From: Bacilli bacterium
Lineage (GTDB): Bacteria; Bacillota_I; Bacilli_A; RFN20; CAG-826
Direction: 5' to 3'
Assembly (NCBI GenBank): GCA_024408505.1
Contig: JAKSUZ010000005.1
Location: forward strand, 2,055-66,054
Length of the DNA stretch: 64,000 nt
Positions 30,400 to 39,465 of this stretch are shown here, in pieces; the first letter of the stretch is position 1; the number at the start of each line of letters is the position of its first letter. A program made the translations under genes and the position numbers. The notes below the pieces were generated by a model. That model was not told the DNA's origin, did not search any database, and saw nothing but the letters and a program-made list of their open reading frames with translations.

Positions 30400-31769
30400 A
30401 TTAGTTCTTTGCCTTCATTAATTAATGTTAAATATTTATCAATCGTTTCTTCTAAGCCGTTAAATTCCGCTAACGAGATATCCCAAATTGATTTATCCGC
30501 TAAGAAATCGTGAACAGAATGCTTTTTGAAATATTCTAGGTATACTAAATCATCTTTAACATCAAAGGTACGCTTTGGTAATTTACAAATGTATTTGTCG
30601 CCATCTTTTTCGATGTGTTGATACATATAAATAAGATAAGATAAACCAATTGTTAAATATTTTGGGATTTGATGATGCTTGTGATAGTAGTCAACATAGC
30701 TACATAAATCTCTAGCCTTCCATTTAGAAATGGAGTTAAGCGCAATGCTGGTGAGTTGATGATTTAAAAATGGATTTAAAAATCTTTCCATTACTTCATC
30801 TGCAAATTTCTTAGTCATATTAATATCGTTTGAGACAAATGGAATAATGTCGTTATTCAAGGTGTCATAGACAAACTTAGATAATTTTGCATCTTTCATA
30901 ACATCAAAAACAGTTTCTTTTCCATAGTATAAAGAAATTGGCACTAAGTTAGTGTGACTACCATTAAGCACTCTTACTTTTCTCTTTTTATAATAGGTAA
31001 TATCATCCGCTAGGATAATATCAATATTGTGTGTGCCGTCTTTAATAAGATTAGCGATATTACCTTTCTTTTCAATGACCCATAACCCAAAAGGTTCGCC
31101 TACACTCATTAATTCATCTTCTTCACCAATTAGCTTTGTTAAATGATCTTTAGTCATAGCATCTCTAGGATAACCAGAGACAATTCGATCCACTAAAGTA
31201 TTTGAATAAACGTTTTGCGTATTGTTATATTTTCTAAAATCTTCACCTAAATTCCAAAGCGTAATATATTTATCAACGCACTTTGCTAGTTCAGTCGCAT
31301 TATTTTCAATCAGCTCAACTGGAAGAATATGTAATCCTGGGAGATTCGCTTTATATCGTAAATATAAAAGTGAAGTTAACTTGCCAGGATAAGTGATGTG
31401 ATCATAATCATATATCTTATCGTTTCCGTTGTAGGCAATGCCAGCTTCAGTAGTGTTACTAACAATTATTTTTAAATCCTTATCTTTAATTAAAGTAAAT
31501 AAATAACTATCAGCATTAAAGTTTTCAATTGCGTTTTTTACTGAATTTACTTTGTAAACATCTTCAATGGTTTTATTATTTTTATTACCACGTAAAATAA
31601 TGTGATATTTATTATTTTGCTTATAAAATTTAGATAAATTACCAAAAGTAATAGGTTTAAGAATATTGACCTCATAAGGACCATATCCTTCTTGATTTAA
31701 AGTTTCAAAGTATAGATCAACGAAGGTCCTAAGAAAGTTTCCTTCACCAAATTGTAATATCTTAATCAT
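30396..31769 (-). CDS. uxaB: Tagaturonate reductase / altronate oxidoreductase
   Basis: 457 aa. The N-terminus 'ILQFGEGNFLRTF' is typical of UxaB-type mannitol-dehydrogenase-family enzymes. AAGGAA Shine-Dalgarno sequence upstream. Confidence 0.85.
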   Translation of the reverse strand: MIKILQFGEGNFLRTFVDLYFETLNQEGYGPYEVNILKPITFGNLSKFYKQNNKYHIILRGNKNNKTIEDVYKVNSVKNAIENFNADSYLFTLIKDKDLKIIVSNTTEAGIAYNGNDKIYDYDHITYPGKLTSLLYLRYKANLPGLHILPVELIENNATELAKCVDKYITLWNLGEDFRKYNNTQNVYSNTLVDRIVSGYPRDAMTKDHLTKLIGEEDELMSVGEPFGLWVIEKKGNIANLIKDGTHNIDIILADDITYYKKRKVRVLNGSHTNLVPISLYYGKETVFDVMKDAKLSKFVYDTLNNDIIPFVSNDINMTKKFADEVMERFLNPFLNHQLTSIALNSISKWKARDLCSYVDYYHKHHQIPKYLTIGLSYLIYMYQHIEKDGDKYICKLPKRTFDVKDDLVYLEYFKKHSVHDFLADKSIWDISLAEFNGLEETIDKYLTLINEGKELI

Positions 31770-31825
31770 AAATTTCCTTTATGATTATTATAATACTATC
31801 GTTAAAAAGTTCTATAATATTATCA

Positions 31826-33607
31826 ATGAAAATTACAAATTATCAGATTCTCAGCAAAAAAATCACAAATAATCTTAAAAAAGATAAGTATATTTCTGAT
31901 GTTCTTCTTTATGAAGTTAACCATCTAAAAGATTTGAAAGTTAATAGTAAAGATATCAAAGTATTTCGTTCCGCTAGACATAAAAATGATATGCCGACTA
32001 TTTTTACTCTTTCTAAATTTGATGACGCAATGAAAGATGCCGTTATTAAAATAAGCGAAACTGGTGCTTCGTTAATTAAAGATAAGTCTAACCTTATTAT
32101 TAGTGATCACTTAACCATTATTGGTAACAATAATAACGCTCTTGTAATCGCGTTTTTGGGTGGAAAGAAACATTTAATTCGAACTGAAATTAAAGTTGAT
32201 AATAAGGGTAATTTTATTTCATTAAAAGTGTATGCGGAAATTAACAAACTATTAAAAGCAAACGAAACGTTTGTGACTGAAAAAGTTGAACTATATCATA
32301 CTGATAATGTAAATGAAGCCATTAAAAATTTTGCTAAAAAGAAAGTTAAAGGTATTAAAATCCACACAAAGAAATGTCCTGCGGTTTATTGCACTTGGTA
32401 TTATTATGGCCCAACTATTACCTTAAACGATTGTTTAACTAACTTGAAATTAATTAAAAGCAAAAAATTACCTTTAGATACATTCCAAATTGATGATGGC
32501 TGGGAAGATTATATTGGCGATTGGAATCCAAATAAGAAATTTAAGGATATGAAAAAATTATCTAATATGATTAATAAACATCATTTGATTCCTGGCTTAT
32601 GGACTTCTCCGTTTATCCTGGATAAAAATTCTAAACTTGCGAAGTCTCATCCTGATTGGATTTTAAAAGACAAAAATAATAAACCATGCATCTTTGAAAT
32701 GAATAAAAATCGATTTTATATCATAGATATTACAATTAAAGAAACCTGGACTTATTTTGAAAAATTATATCGTAGGCTCACTAATGTCTACGGATTTAAA
32801 TACCATAAATTAGACTTTACTAGAGCTCCAGTGATTATAAATAACGCTAATTATAAAAATAAATACATCACTATTGTCGAAGCATATCGTAATGCTTGTT
32901 TAAGCATTAGAAAAGGTATGGGCGATTCTTTCTTCCTTATGTGCGGTGGATTATATGATCCATTAATCGGAATTGTTGATGCACAAAGAAGCGGAAGCGA
33001 TGTGTTAAGTATGTGGAGCGCGATGAATAGAGGCGGAAAGACTTTACCATACACTATGAAACAAAACATCCTTCGTTACTACATGAATGAATGGTGGCAT
33101 AACGATCCCGATGCATTTATTGTTCGTCGCAATAAATGGAAATATCATGGTCTAAAGTTAAGCCTTGGCTTATTAAACGATGAAGAAGTAAAAACTTCAA
33201 CCATTAATCAATTATTAGGCGGTGGTTTATTCTCTATGACCGAACCGCTTGATCAAATTGATAACGATAGACTAAATAATGTTTATCACGTTTTACCTTT
33301 AAAGAAAGTTGATATTGAGATTAAAGACATATTGTCTTCCTCGCGATTCCCTAATGAAATTAGAATCAACCATCAATACCTTGCGCTTATTAATTACAAT
33401 GATAAGAAAAAATTAGTTAAGACTATTACAAGTAAAGATATTAATGATAATAAGGGTAACAATAATTGTTGGTTAGTTGATTTTTATCAAAATAAAATAT
33501 CACAAAATAAAATTAATATTGCGCTTCTTCCTCATAGTGCGACAATTATTAAATTATCAAACAAAAAAATTAGGACTATTAATAATAAAGGTCACTATTT
33601 ATGTTAA
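31826..33607 (+). CDS. GH36-like (clan GH-D) alpha-galactosidase-family glycoside hydrolase
   Basis: Blocks 'FQIDDGWEDYIGDW', 'YHKLDF', 'CGGLYDP' and 'QRSGSDV' resemble melibiase-family motifs. Start set at ATG 31826. The track start at 31781 would leave only 11 bp before the divergent uxaB. Confidence 0.55.
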   Translation: MKITNYQILSKKITNNLKKDKYISDVLLYEVNHLKDLKVNSKDIKVFRSARHKNDMPTIFTLSKFDDAMKDAVIKISETGASLIKDKSNLIISDHLTIIGNNNNALVIAFLGGKKHLIRTEIKVDNKGNFISLKVYAEINKLLKANETFVTEKVELYHTDNVNEAIKNFAKKKVKGIKIHTKKCPAVYCTWYYYGPTITLNDCLTNLKLIKSKKLPLDTFQIDDGWEDYIGDWNPNKKFKDMKKLSNMINKHHLIPGLWTSPFILDKNSKLAKSHPDWILKDKNNKPCIFEMNKNRFYIIDITIKETWTYFEKLYRRLTNVYGFKYHKLDFTRAPVIINNANYKNKYITIVEAYRNACLSIRKGMGDSFFLMCGGLYDPLIGIVDAQRSGSDVLSMWSAMNRGGKTLPYTMKQNILRYYMNEWWHNDPDAFIVRRNKWKYHGLKLSLGLLNDEEVKTSTINQLLGGGLFSMTEPLDQIDNDRLNNVYHVLPLKKVDIEIKDILSSSRFPNEIRINHQYLALINYNDKKKLVKTITSKDINDNKGNNNCWLVDFYQNKISQNKINIALLPHSATIIKLSNKKIRTINNKGHYLC

Positions 33608-34464
33608 GAATTGGAATGATGACAGAAACAATTAGTCGCTTTACCGGGATGAAAGGCGCTTTAAAAGTAATTAAAGATTTAGGTTTTGATTGTGCGGATA
33701 TTACAATTCAAAAAACCGGAGAAAATCGTAAGTTGACTAATTATTTCTCAGGAAAAGACTATAAGAAAAAAGCACAAGAATTAAAAGAATACGCGGATAA
33801 GATTAAACTTCCGTTAGTGCAAGCTCACGCTCCCTTTCCATCTTATTTGGATGGTAAGCCTCGTTACAATAAATTAGCGTGGAAAAAATTATTAAAGTCA
33901 ATTGAGATATGTGGAATATTAAAAATTAAACACCTAGTTATTCATCCTTGGAATGATCACACTAACGAAGAAAATATTAAATTCTATAAAAAAGTATTAC
34001 CATATGCTAAAAAAGCAAATGTTGTTGTTTGTGTTGAAAATATGTGGCGATGGAATAAAGAAAAAGAACAGGCTAAACCTTGTTCTTGCTCCTTTTCCGA
34101 TACATTTAATGCCATTGTTGATGGTGTAAATAGTAAATATGTCAAAGCATGTGTTGATATTGGCCATGCCGAAATGTTTGCTCATATGAAATACTCGGCG
34201 AGAAAAATGTTAGAAGAAATGAATGAACGCGTTGTTTGTCTTCATATCCATGATAACGATAAAATTCACGACAAACATTGGATTCCATTCCGCGGAAGTA
34301 TCAATTATAAAGATGTGGTAAAGGGTTTAAAGAAGATTAATTATAAAGGCGATTTAGTCGCTGAGATTTTAGCGGATCCTGAAATTGATACCTTTGAAAA
34401 AGGGCTAGCGTATTGGAAAGAAAATTATCGTGCAATGAGAAAGATTCAATCAATGATGAAATAA
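33601..34464 (+). CDS. Sugar phosphate isomerase/epimerase (xylose-isomerase-like TIM barrel) family protein
   Basis: 287 aa. 'HLVIHP', 'VCVEN' and 'LHIHDN' blocks are typical of AP-endonuclease-2 / TIM-barrel family proteins. Overlaps the upstream gene by 7 nt. Confidence 0.7.
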   Translation: MLRIGMMTETISRFTGMKGALKVIKDLGFDCADITIQKTGENRKLTNYFSGKDYKKKAQELKEYADKIKLPLVQAHAPFPSYLDGKPRYNKLAWKKLLKSIEICGILKIKHLVIHPWNDHTNEENIKFYKKVLPYAKKANVVVCVENMWRWNKEKEQAKPCSCSFSDTFNAIVDGVNSKYVKACVDIGHAEMFAHMKYSARKMLEEMNERVVCLHIHDNDKIHDKHWIPFRGSINYKDVVKGLKKINYKGDLVAEILADPEIDTFEKGLAYWKENYRAMRKIQSMMK

Positions 34465-34535
34465 TTAGCAAATGTGTTACATAGAATAAAAGTGGTTTAA
34501 TATAATAATTTGGAGAATTAAATAAGGTTAAATAA

Positions 34536-36320
34536 ATGAGTACTATTTATAATTATAAATACGAAAGAGACTTTGATAAAGATACTCCTAAACTTTTGGA
34601 GTATTTATCTAATGGCGGTAAAGATAAAACAAAGATTAAAAAGATGTGTCACCATGGCTTATCTTTAATCAACCAATGTTATGACTGTAGTGATTTTCGC
34701 ATCGAAATCTTTACACGCATTCTCTATAGTTATAAAAATGTTATTGGTCGTGAAGTCGAAAATTTAATCACTAAAACTCTTTTTCGTTTTCCGTTTGAAG
34801 ATCAATCTTGCCATGCGATGTGTACATGGACCGAAAATCACCAATTGATTATATATGTGAGTGAATATTTATTAGGTAATATGTATCCTAATAAAAAATT
34901 TCATGATGATGTTTTAGGCAGAGATTTAGCGAAAGGAGCCTATACTCGTTTAAACGAATGGTGTGAGTGCGTGTATCGTTTTGGATTTAGCGAATTTGGC
35001 AGTTGCAATTATTATCCAGAGACCTTAGGTGCGTTAGGAAACATTATTGAATTCGCTAAGGATAAGAAACTTGTTGAGAAATGTAAAATCGTTTTAGATT
35101 TATTAGTCTATGATATCTTCTCAACAATGACACCTGATTTAACCTATAACAAAGCAACTGCGCGTGCTTATGTCGATAACAAAATTAATAATTATAATTA
35201 TTCTAAGCCACATATCAGTGCTTTATTAGACAAAACAATTAAAGTTAATCATGAACGTGAAGCATGCTTTTATTTGATGATAAAAGCTAATAAATATAAA
35301 ACTCCGAAAGTCTTCCTTGATATCTTTAAAGCGAAAGAGAAAGAACTTAAAGAATCCAATGGTCTAAATGCTAGTGAATATAAAAAGAATGGTTTATTAA
35401 CTAATAAAGATGCTAACGCTCGTTATATTATGACAACTGGGACTACTGAATCATTTAAAAGATATAAAAACGTTATTAAATATCTTGGCAAAATAAAAAT
35501 GCTAGATCACCCAACAATGGCCAACAATAATCGTCCTTTAAGTTATGGAAGAGGCAATGTTTATACATATGTAAAAAATAATTACAGCGTTTCTAGTTTA
35601 ACTAGATATCAGATAAACGAACCGTGTTTCCAACAAGTTACTCATATTATTAATCTTGATGGATTAGGCGTGTTTACAACTGCTCCTGCTACATCAATGG
35701 ATAAAACCGGTAGTCCAAGTTATTGGGTCGGCTCAAAAAAGAATCCTGACTGTATTCAACATAAGAATATCTTAGTAGCGTATTATGATAGACCTTCATT
35801 AACACACATCTTTTTCCCAATCGAAAAATTTGATGAAGTAAATTTAAATAACTTAAAAGATGGGTTAATCTTTGCCCGCTACCATAATATTAATTTGTTT
35901 ATCAGAACAAATGAAAAATTAAAATTTGTTGATTCAAAAAAAGATAAGGCCATGAATGAAGATGAAAAGATGCCAAACTTTAAATTGAAGAAATACGACT
36001 TAGTTAATTCGAATCAAGGCGATCATTATTACATCTTTGAAATCGATGATAGACAACCATTTAATGAGTTTATTAACAATATCAAAAAGAATCTTCCGTG
36101 TATTGATAAAAAACACATTATTTATAAAGGCTTAGAGTACTCATTTAATAAATCGTCATATTTTAATCACGAGTTAATTCAAACTTCATATCCGCGTTTT
36201 GCAAGCGATTTTATTTTAAATAAGAAATATACTTACACTAAAAATAAGCCACTGACTTTCATTAGCAAAAATCATAAATTAGTGATTGATTTTAAAAACT
36301 ACACTAGAAAAGAAAATTAA
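34536..36320 (+). CDS. Uncharacterised cytoplasmic protein, paralogue of 24871..26802
   Basis: 594 aa. Carries 'CYDCSDFR', 'WTENHQLIIYVSEYLLGNMYP' and 'GFSEFGSCNYYPETLGAL'. Last gene of the plus-strand GH36-like operon. Confidence 0.5.
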   Translation: MSTIYNYKYERDFDKDTPKLLEYLSNGGKDKTKIKKMCHHGLSLINQCYDCSDFRIEIFTRILYSYKNVIGREVENLITKTLFRFPFEDQSCHAMCTWTENHQLIIYVSEYLLGNMYPNKKFHDDVLGRDLAKGAYTRLNEWCECVYRFGFSEFGSCNYYPETLGALGNIIEFAKDKKLVEKCKIVLDLLVYDIFSTMTPDLTYNKATARAYVDNKINNYNYSKPHISALLDKTIKVNHEREACFYLMIKANKYKTPKVFLDIFKAKEKELKESNGLNASEYKKNGLLTNKDANARYIMTTGTTESFKRYKNVIKYLGKIKMLDHPTMANNNRPLSYGRGNVYTYVKNNYSVSSLTRYQINEPCFQQVTHIINLDGLGVFTTAPATSMDKTGSPSYWVGSKKNPDCIQHKNILVAYYDRPSLTHIFFPIEKFDEVNLNNLKDGLIFARYHNINLFIRTNEKLKFVDSKKDKAMNEDEKMPNFKLKKYDLVNSNQGDHYYIFEIDDRQPFNEFINNIKKNLPCIDKKHIIYKGLEYSFNKSSYFNHELIQTSYPRFASDFILNKKYTYTKNKPLTFISKNHKLVIDFKNYTRKEN

Positions 36321-38216
36321 TTACTTTAGATAGATATCTAATGTTCCGCCACGAATAACATCAGAAGCGGTTATTTCATTATTGTTAACTCGTTTATTAT
36401 TTAAAATGACTTTCTCAATTGTAAATGCACTATCACCATTAGCGTGTTTTTTAATTAATAATTTTCCAGCTTTGACTTCATTAAAGAAAGGAAGACCTAT
36501 TTTAAGTTTATTTGTACCAACAATCGGGAATATACCAAGTAAATTAAATACTAACCAACTTGAAAGGCCTCCATTATCATCGTTTCCTGGAACGCCATCA
36601 TTTTTATGTGAGAATGAATTATCAACAACATCTTTAATGACTTTGTTTTGTTTTTCTGATAAACCAAAATATGAATATAAATACATCGTTTCCATGTCGG
36701 GTTCATTATTTAATCCTTCAAAACGTTTGCAGTGCTTCATATACCATTTGATTGAACGAGGATCATTTACTGGATGAGTGAATCTAATCGTATTAAAACC
36801 TTTATATCCGAAGAAACTATCTAACGCTTTAATTATCTCTTCTTTGTTTTCTAAACGATATATGGTCGATGCGGAGGTTCTAAAACTATAATTAGAATAA
36901 TTACCTTCATAGTAAATTGCTTTCTTATCAAGATAAACCTTATCGCTTTCAAAAGCTTTATCCATTAGTCCCTTAACTTTCGCTAAACCTAAATCGATAT
37001 GGTAAGCATTGTAATATGCAACAATCGCATCAGATAAATCTAATAAATAAGTTGGGGAATGGAGTTTATTTACATTATTTAAATAATATGTAATTTCTCT
37101 TTTTTGCAATTCTTTCGCTTTCTTTTGATCAAATTTAACACCATATAAAGCAGCGGTAGACAAGGCAATATTCATAAGGCATATAGCCTGTGTGGATAAT
37201 TCAGGCTTTCCAGATGAAAATAAATAGGAATGATAAAATTGACCTTTTTCATTCACCATCTTAAGGAAATTATTCGCGATAATACTTGCTTCTTTTTTAT
37301 AGAATAAAAAGATTAAAGGAAGAAGGGTTTTATATATATCCCACATGGTCGCAAAATCATAAATTTTTTCTTCATTATAAATATATGGTTTTTTAAGCGC
37401 GAACATTAACGCAGTGTAGAACAGTTTTTTATAATTTGAATTATCACTAACGTCAAATACTTTAAAGTAATCTTCCCATTGCTTAACCGCTTGACGATTA
37501 TCGAAGATGGAAATGTAGTTGATTGCATGTTTAAACGAAGATGTAGAAAATCCAATGATAAATTCTGCATCGTTAGATAAGACGATTTTACTACTAGTAA
37601 CGTTGATGCATTTACCTTTAATAATTTTAATTGACCAATATAGTTGAATAAATGAATAATCGGCATAAATATTGAAATAATTTTTGTCTTGTTTGATTTC
37701 GACTTTTACTATTTCGTTTTTATACCTTTCGGTTGTTAATCCGCTAAAGCCAGGAATAATTGTAATGTTTTCCTTTGAATTAATTTTGTAATAAGCGCAT
37801 CTAGCATTCACAATCGTTTTAATAGAATAAATTGGAGTAGTTATATCAAAACCATTCAAAGAAAATTTTTCTTTAACAATATCAACTTTTTCCTTACTCG
37901 GTTTAATTAAGAAATAGTTATGGAAATGATGGAGATCTCCTGCACCTGAAAAAGAGAAATGGGTAAAACCCATTAACTGACTATTTGGGCATTTTTTTGG
38001 CGTTCCCCATGCACAATACTCATATTTAGAAAAGCCTGATGGATATCCACCAAAATACGGAACAACATTAAATGAACAAAATGGAACTTGTGGAGCGGCT
38101 GAAAGATTGCCAATGTCTGGTTTAATAAACATCCATTTCTTTGAAAGATATTCTCTTTTTATTTTTCCTTGCGGCTCGCTGCCCCAACGAAAATTTATCA
38201 AATTATCATAGTTCAT
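36321..38216 (-). CDS. GH92-like glycoside hydrolase (alpha-mannosidase family fold), short form
   Basis: 631 aa. 'GFTHFSFSGAGD', 'YEGNYSNYSF' and 'GVPGNDDNGGLSSWLVFNLLGIFP' resemble conserved GH92 blocks. No signal peptide. Confidence 0.55.
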   Translation of the reverse strand: MNYDNLINFRWGSEPQGKIKREYLSKKWMFIKPDIGNLSAAPQVPFCSFNVVPYFGGYPSGFSKYEYCAWGTPKKCPNSQLMGFTHFSFSGAGDLHHFHNYFLIKPSKEKVDIVKEKFSLNGFDITTPIYSIKTIVNARCAYYKINSKENITIIPGFSGLTTERYKNEIVKVEIKQDKNYFNIYADYSFIQLYWSIKIIKGKCINVTSSKIVLSNDAEFIIGFSTSSFKHAINYISIFDNRQAVKQWEDYFKVFDVSDNSNYKKLFYTALMFALKKPYIYNEEKIYDFATMWDIYKTLLPLIFLFYKKEASIIANNFLKMVNEKGQFYHSYLFSSGKPELSTQAICLMNIALSTAALYGVKFDQKKAKELQKREITYYLNNVNKLHSPTYLLDLSDAIVAYYNAYHIDLGLAKVKGLMDKAFESDKVYLDKKAIYYEGNYSNYSFRTSASTIYRLENKEEIIKALDSFFGYKGFNTIRFTHPVNDPRSIKWYMKHCKRFEGLNNEPDMETMYLYSYFGLSEKQNKVIKDVVDNSFSHKNDGVPGNDDNGGLSSWLVFNLLGIFPIVGTNKLKIGLPFFNEVKAGKLLIKKHANGDSAFTIEKVILNNKRVNNNEITASDVIRGGTLDIYLK

Positions 38217-39465
38217 TTTTAAAATTAGTGTCCTCTAACCACGCTCTTTTATAATATTTCTCAAGACCATAGTATACTTTTTCTTTCTCGGCATATACAG
38301 GAGTAATATCAATCTTGTCCTTATTCAAATCAAAGACTGAAACGCCTTCGATATAGCATTTAAATCCAAGTTTATACAAGCGACTAAATATTTTAGGATT
38401 ATGTTTTCTTCTATTATAAGCACCATCGTATTGGAGACCTTGAGAAAACATTAATTTAATACCTTTGTATCTAATGCAACTATCATTTTTATGATCGTGA
38501 CCAACCACTACTACTTTAGTACTTCCGCATTCTTTAAATACTTTGAATGTGTTATCAGGCATATCACTACAAGAAGGTTTTTCATAGTTATTGCCAAAAG
38601 ATTTATTAAACGAATAAAAAGGCAATAGGCTTAAACGAGCAGCGTTAATATATTCGGTACACGGAATATGGAAGAACGCAATGCTTTTAGCATTATTTTT
38701 CTTAACCTCATTTTTGTACCATTCTAATTGGTCATCATGAATGTGATCGTAGCATCTTCTTTCTGTACCAGGATCCTTTCTTTCAACGCCAAAGATATAA
38801 TCACCACTATCGAAAAAATACAGTGTTTTAACAACGCCTGATGAGTTTTTGATATTAACTGAATAATTCCCCGCCCCAAACAAATTTGGCTCGCCTAAAC
38901 GGCCCACACAATATTTGCTATTCATTAAAGCTTTAAATTTAAAAGTACGATATTTTTTTTGAATTGAATCATACAGTTCTTTATTAACTTCGTTATGTTT
39001 TTTTATTTCGTTTGTAATTAAAGGCTCACTATCGTGATTGCCTAAAACAAAAGCATAATGAAGTTTCTTTCTTTCAAAGAATTTGATCAATTGCTCTTCA
39101 ATATATGTGTCAAGACGACCGCAAGCATTATCGCCTAATAAAACTAGTAAATCAGGATGAACTTTATCAACTAATCTTTCTAACACGGTTAAACCAAACA
39201 CATGTTCTTCAGTTGCGAAATGTAAATCTGCGCACGAGACAACGCGAAAATCTTCATCTGAAATTGAACCATCAAGATTCTTTTTAATTAGGTATGGCGT
39301 TTCATTCCCTTCGTTATGAAATTCAACAATACAAGGTTTATGCTCTTTAACTTTCTTTTTTGAAAGATTAGGAAAAATCTTATGAACATAATAAAGAAAG
39401 ATGAAAATAGCAATTAGAGCTAATATAGGAACAACGATTGTTATAACTAATAAAGGAACCGACAT
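38206..39465 (-). CDS. Membrane-anchored calcineurin-like metallophosphoesterase
   Basis: 419 aa with a single N-terminal TM segment. Motifs 'CADLHF', 'LGDN', 'GNHD' and 'GHDH'. Shares 1 nt with the GH4 gene stop and overlaps the GH92-like gene start by 11 nt. Confidence 0.7.
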   Translation of the reverse strand: MSVPLLVITIVVPILALIAIFIFLYYVHKIFPNLSKKKVKEHKPCIVEFHNEGNETPYLIKKNLDGSISDEDFRVVSCADLHFATEEHVFGLTVLERLVDKVHPDLLVLLGDNACGRLDTYIEEQLIKFFERKKLHYAFVLGNHDSEPLITNEIKKHNEVNKELYDSIQKKYRTFKFKALMNSKYCVGRLGEPNLFGAGNYSVNIKNSSGVVKTLYFFDSGDYIFGVERKDPGTERRCYDHIHDDQLEWYKNEVKKNNAKSIAFFHIPCTEYINAARLSLLPFYSFNKSFGNNYEKPSCSDMPDNTFKVFKECGSTKVVVVGHDHKNDSCIRYKGIKLMFSQGLQYDGAYNRRKHNPKIFSRLYKLGFKCYIEGVSVFDLNKDKIDITPVYAEKEKVYYGLEKYYKRAWLEDTNFKNEL

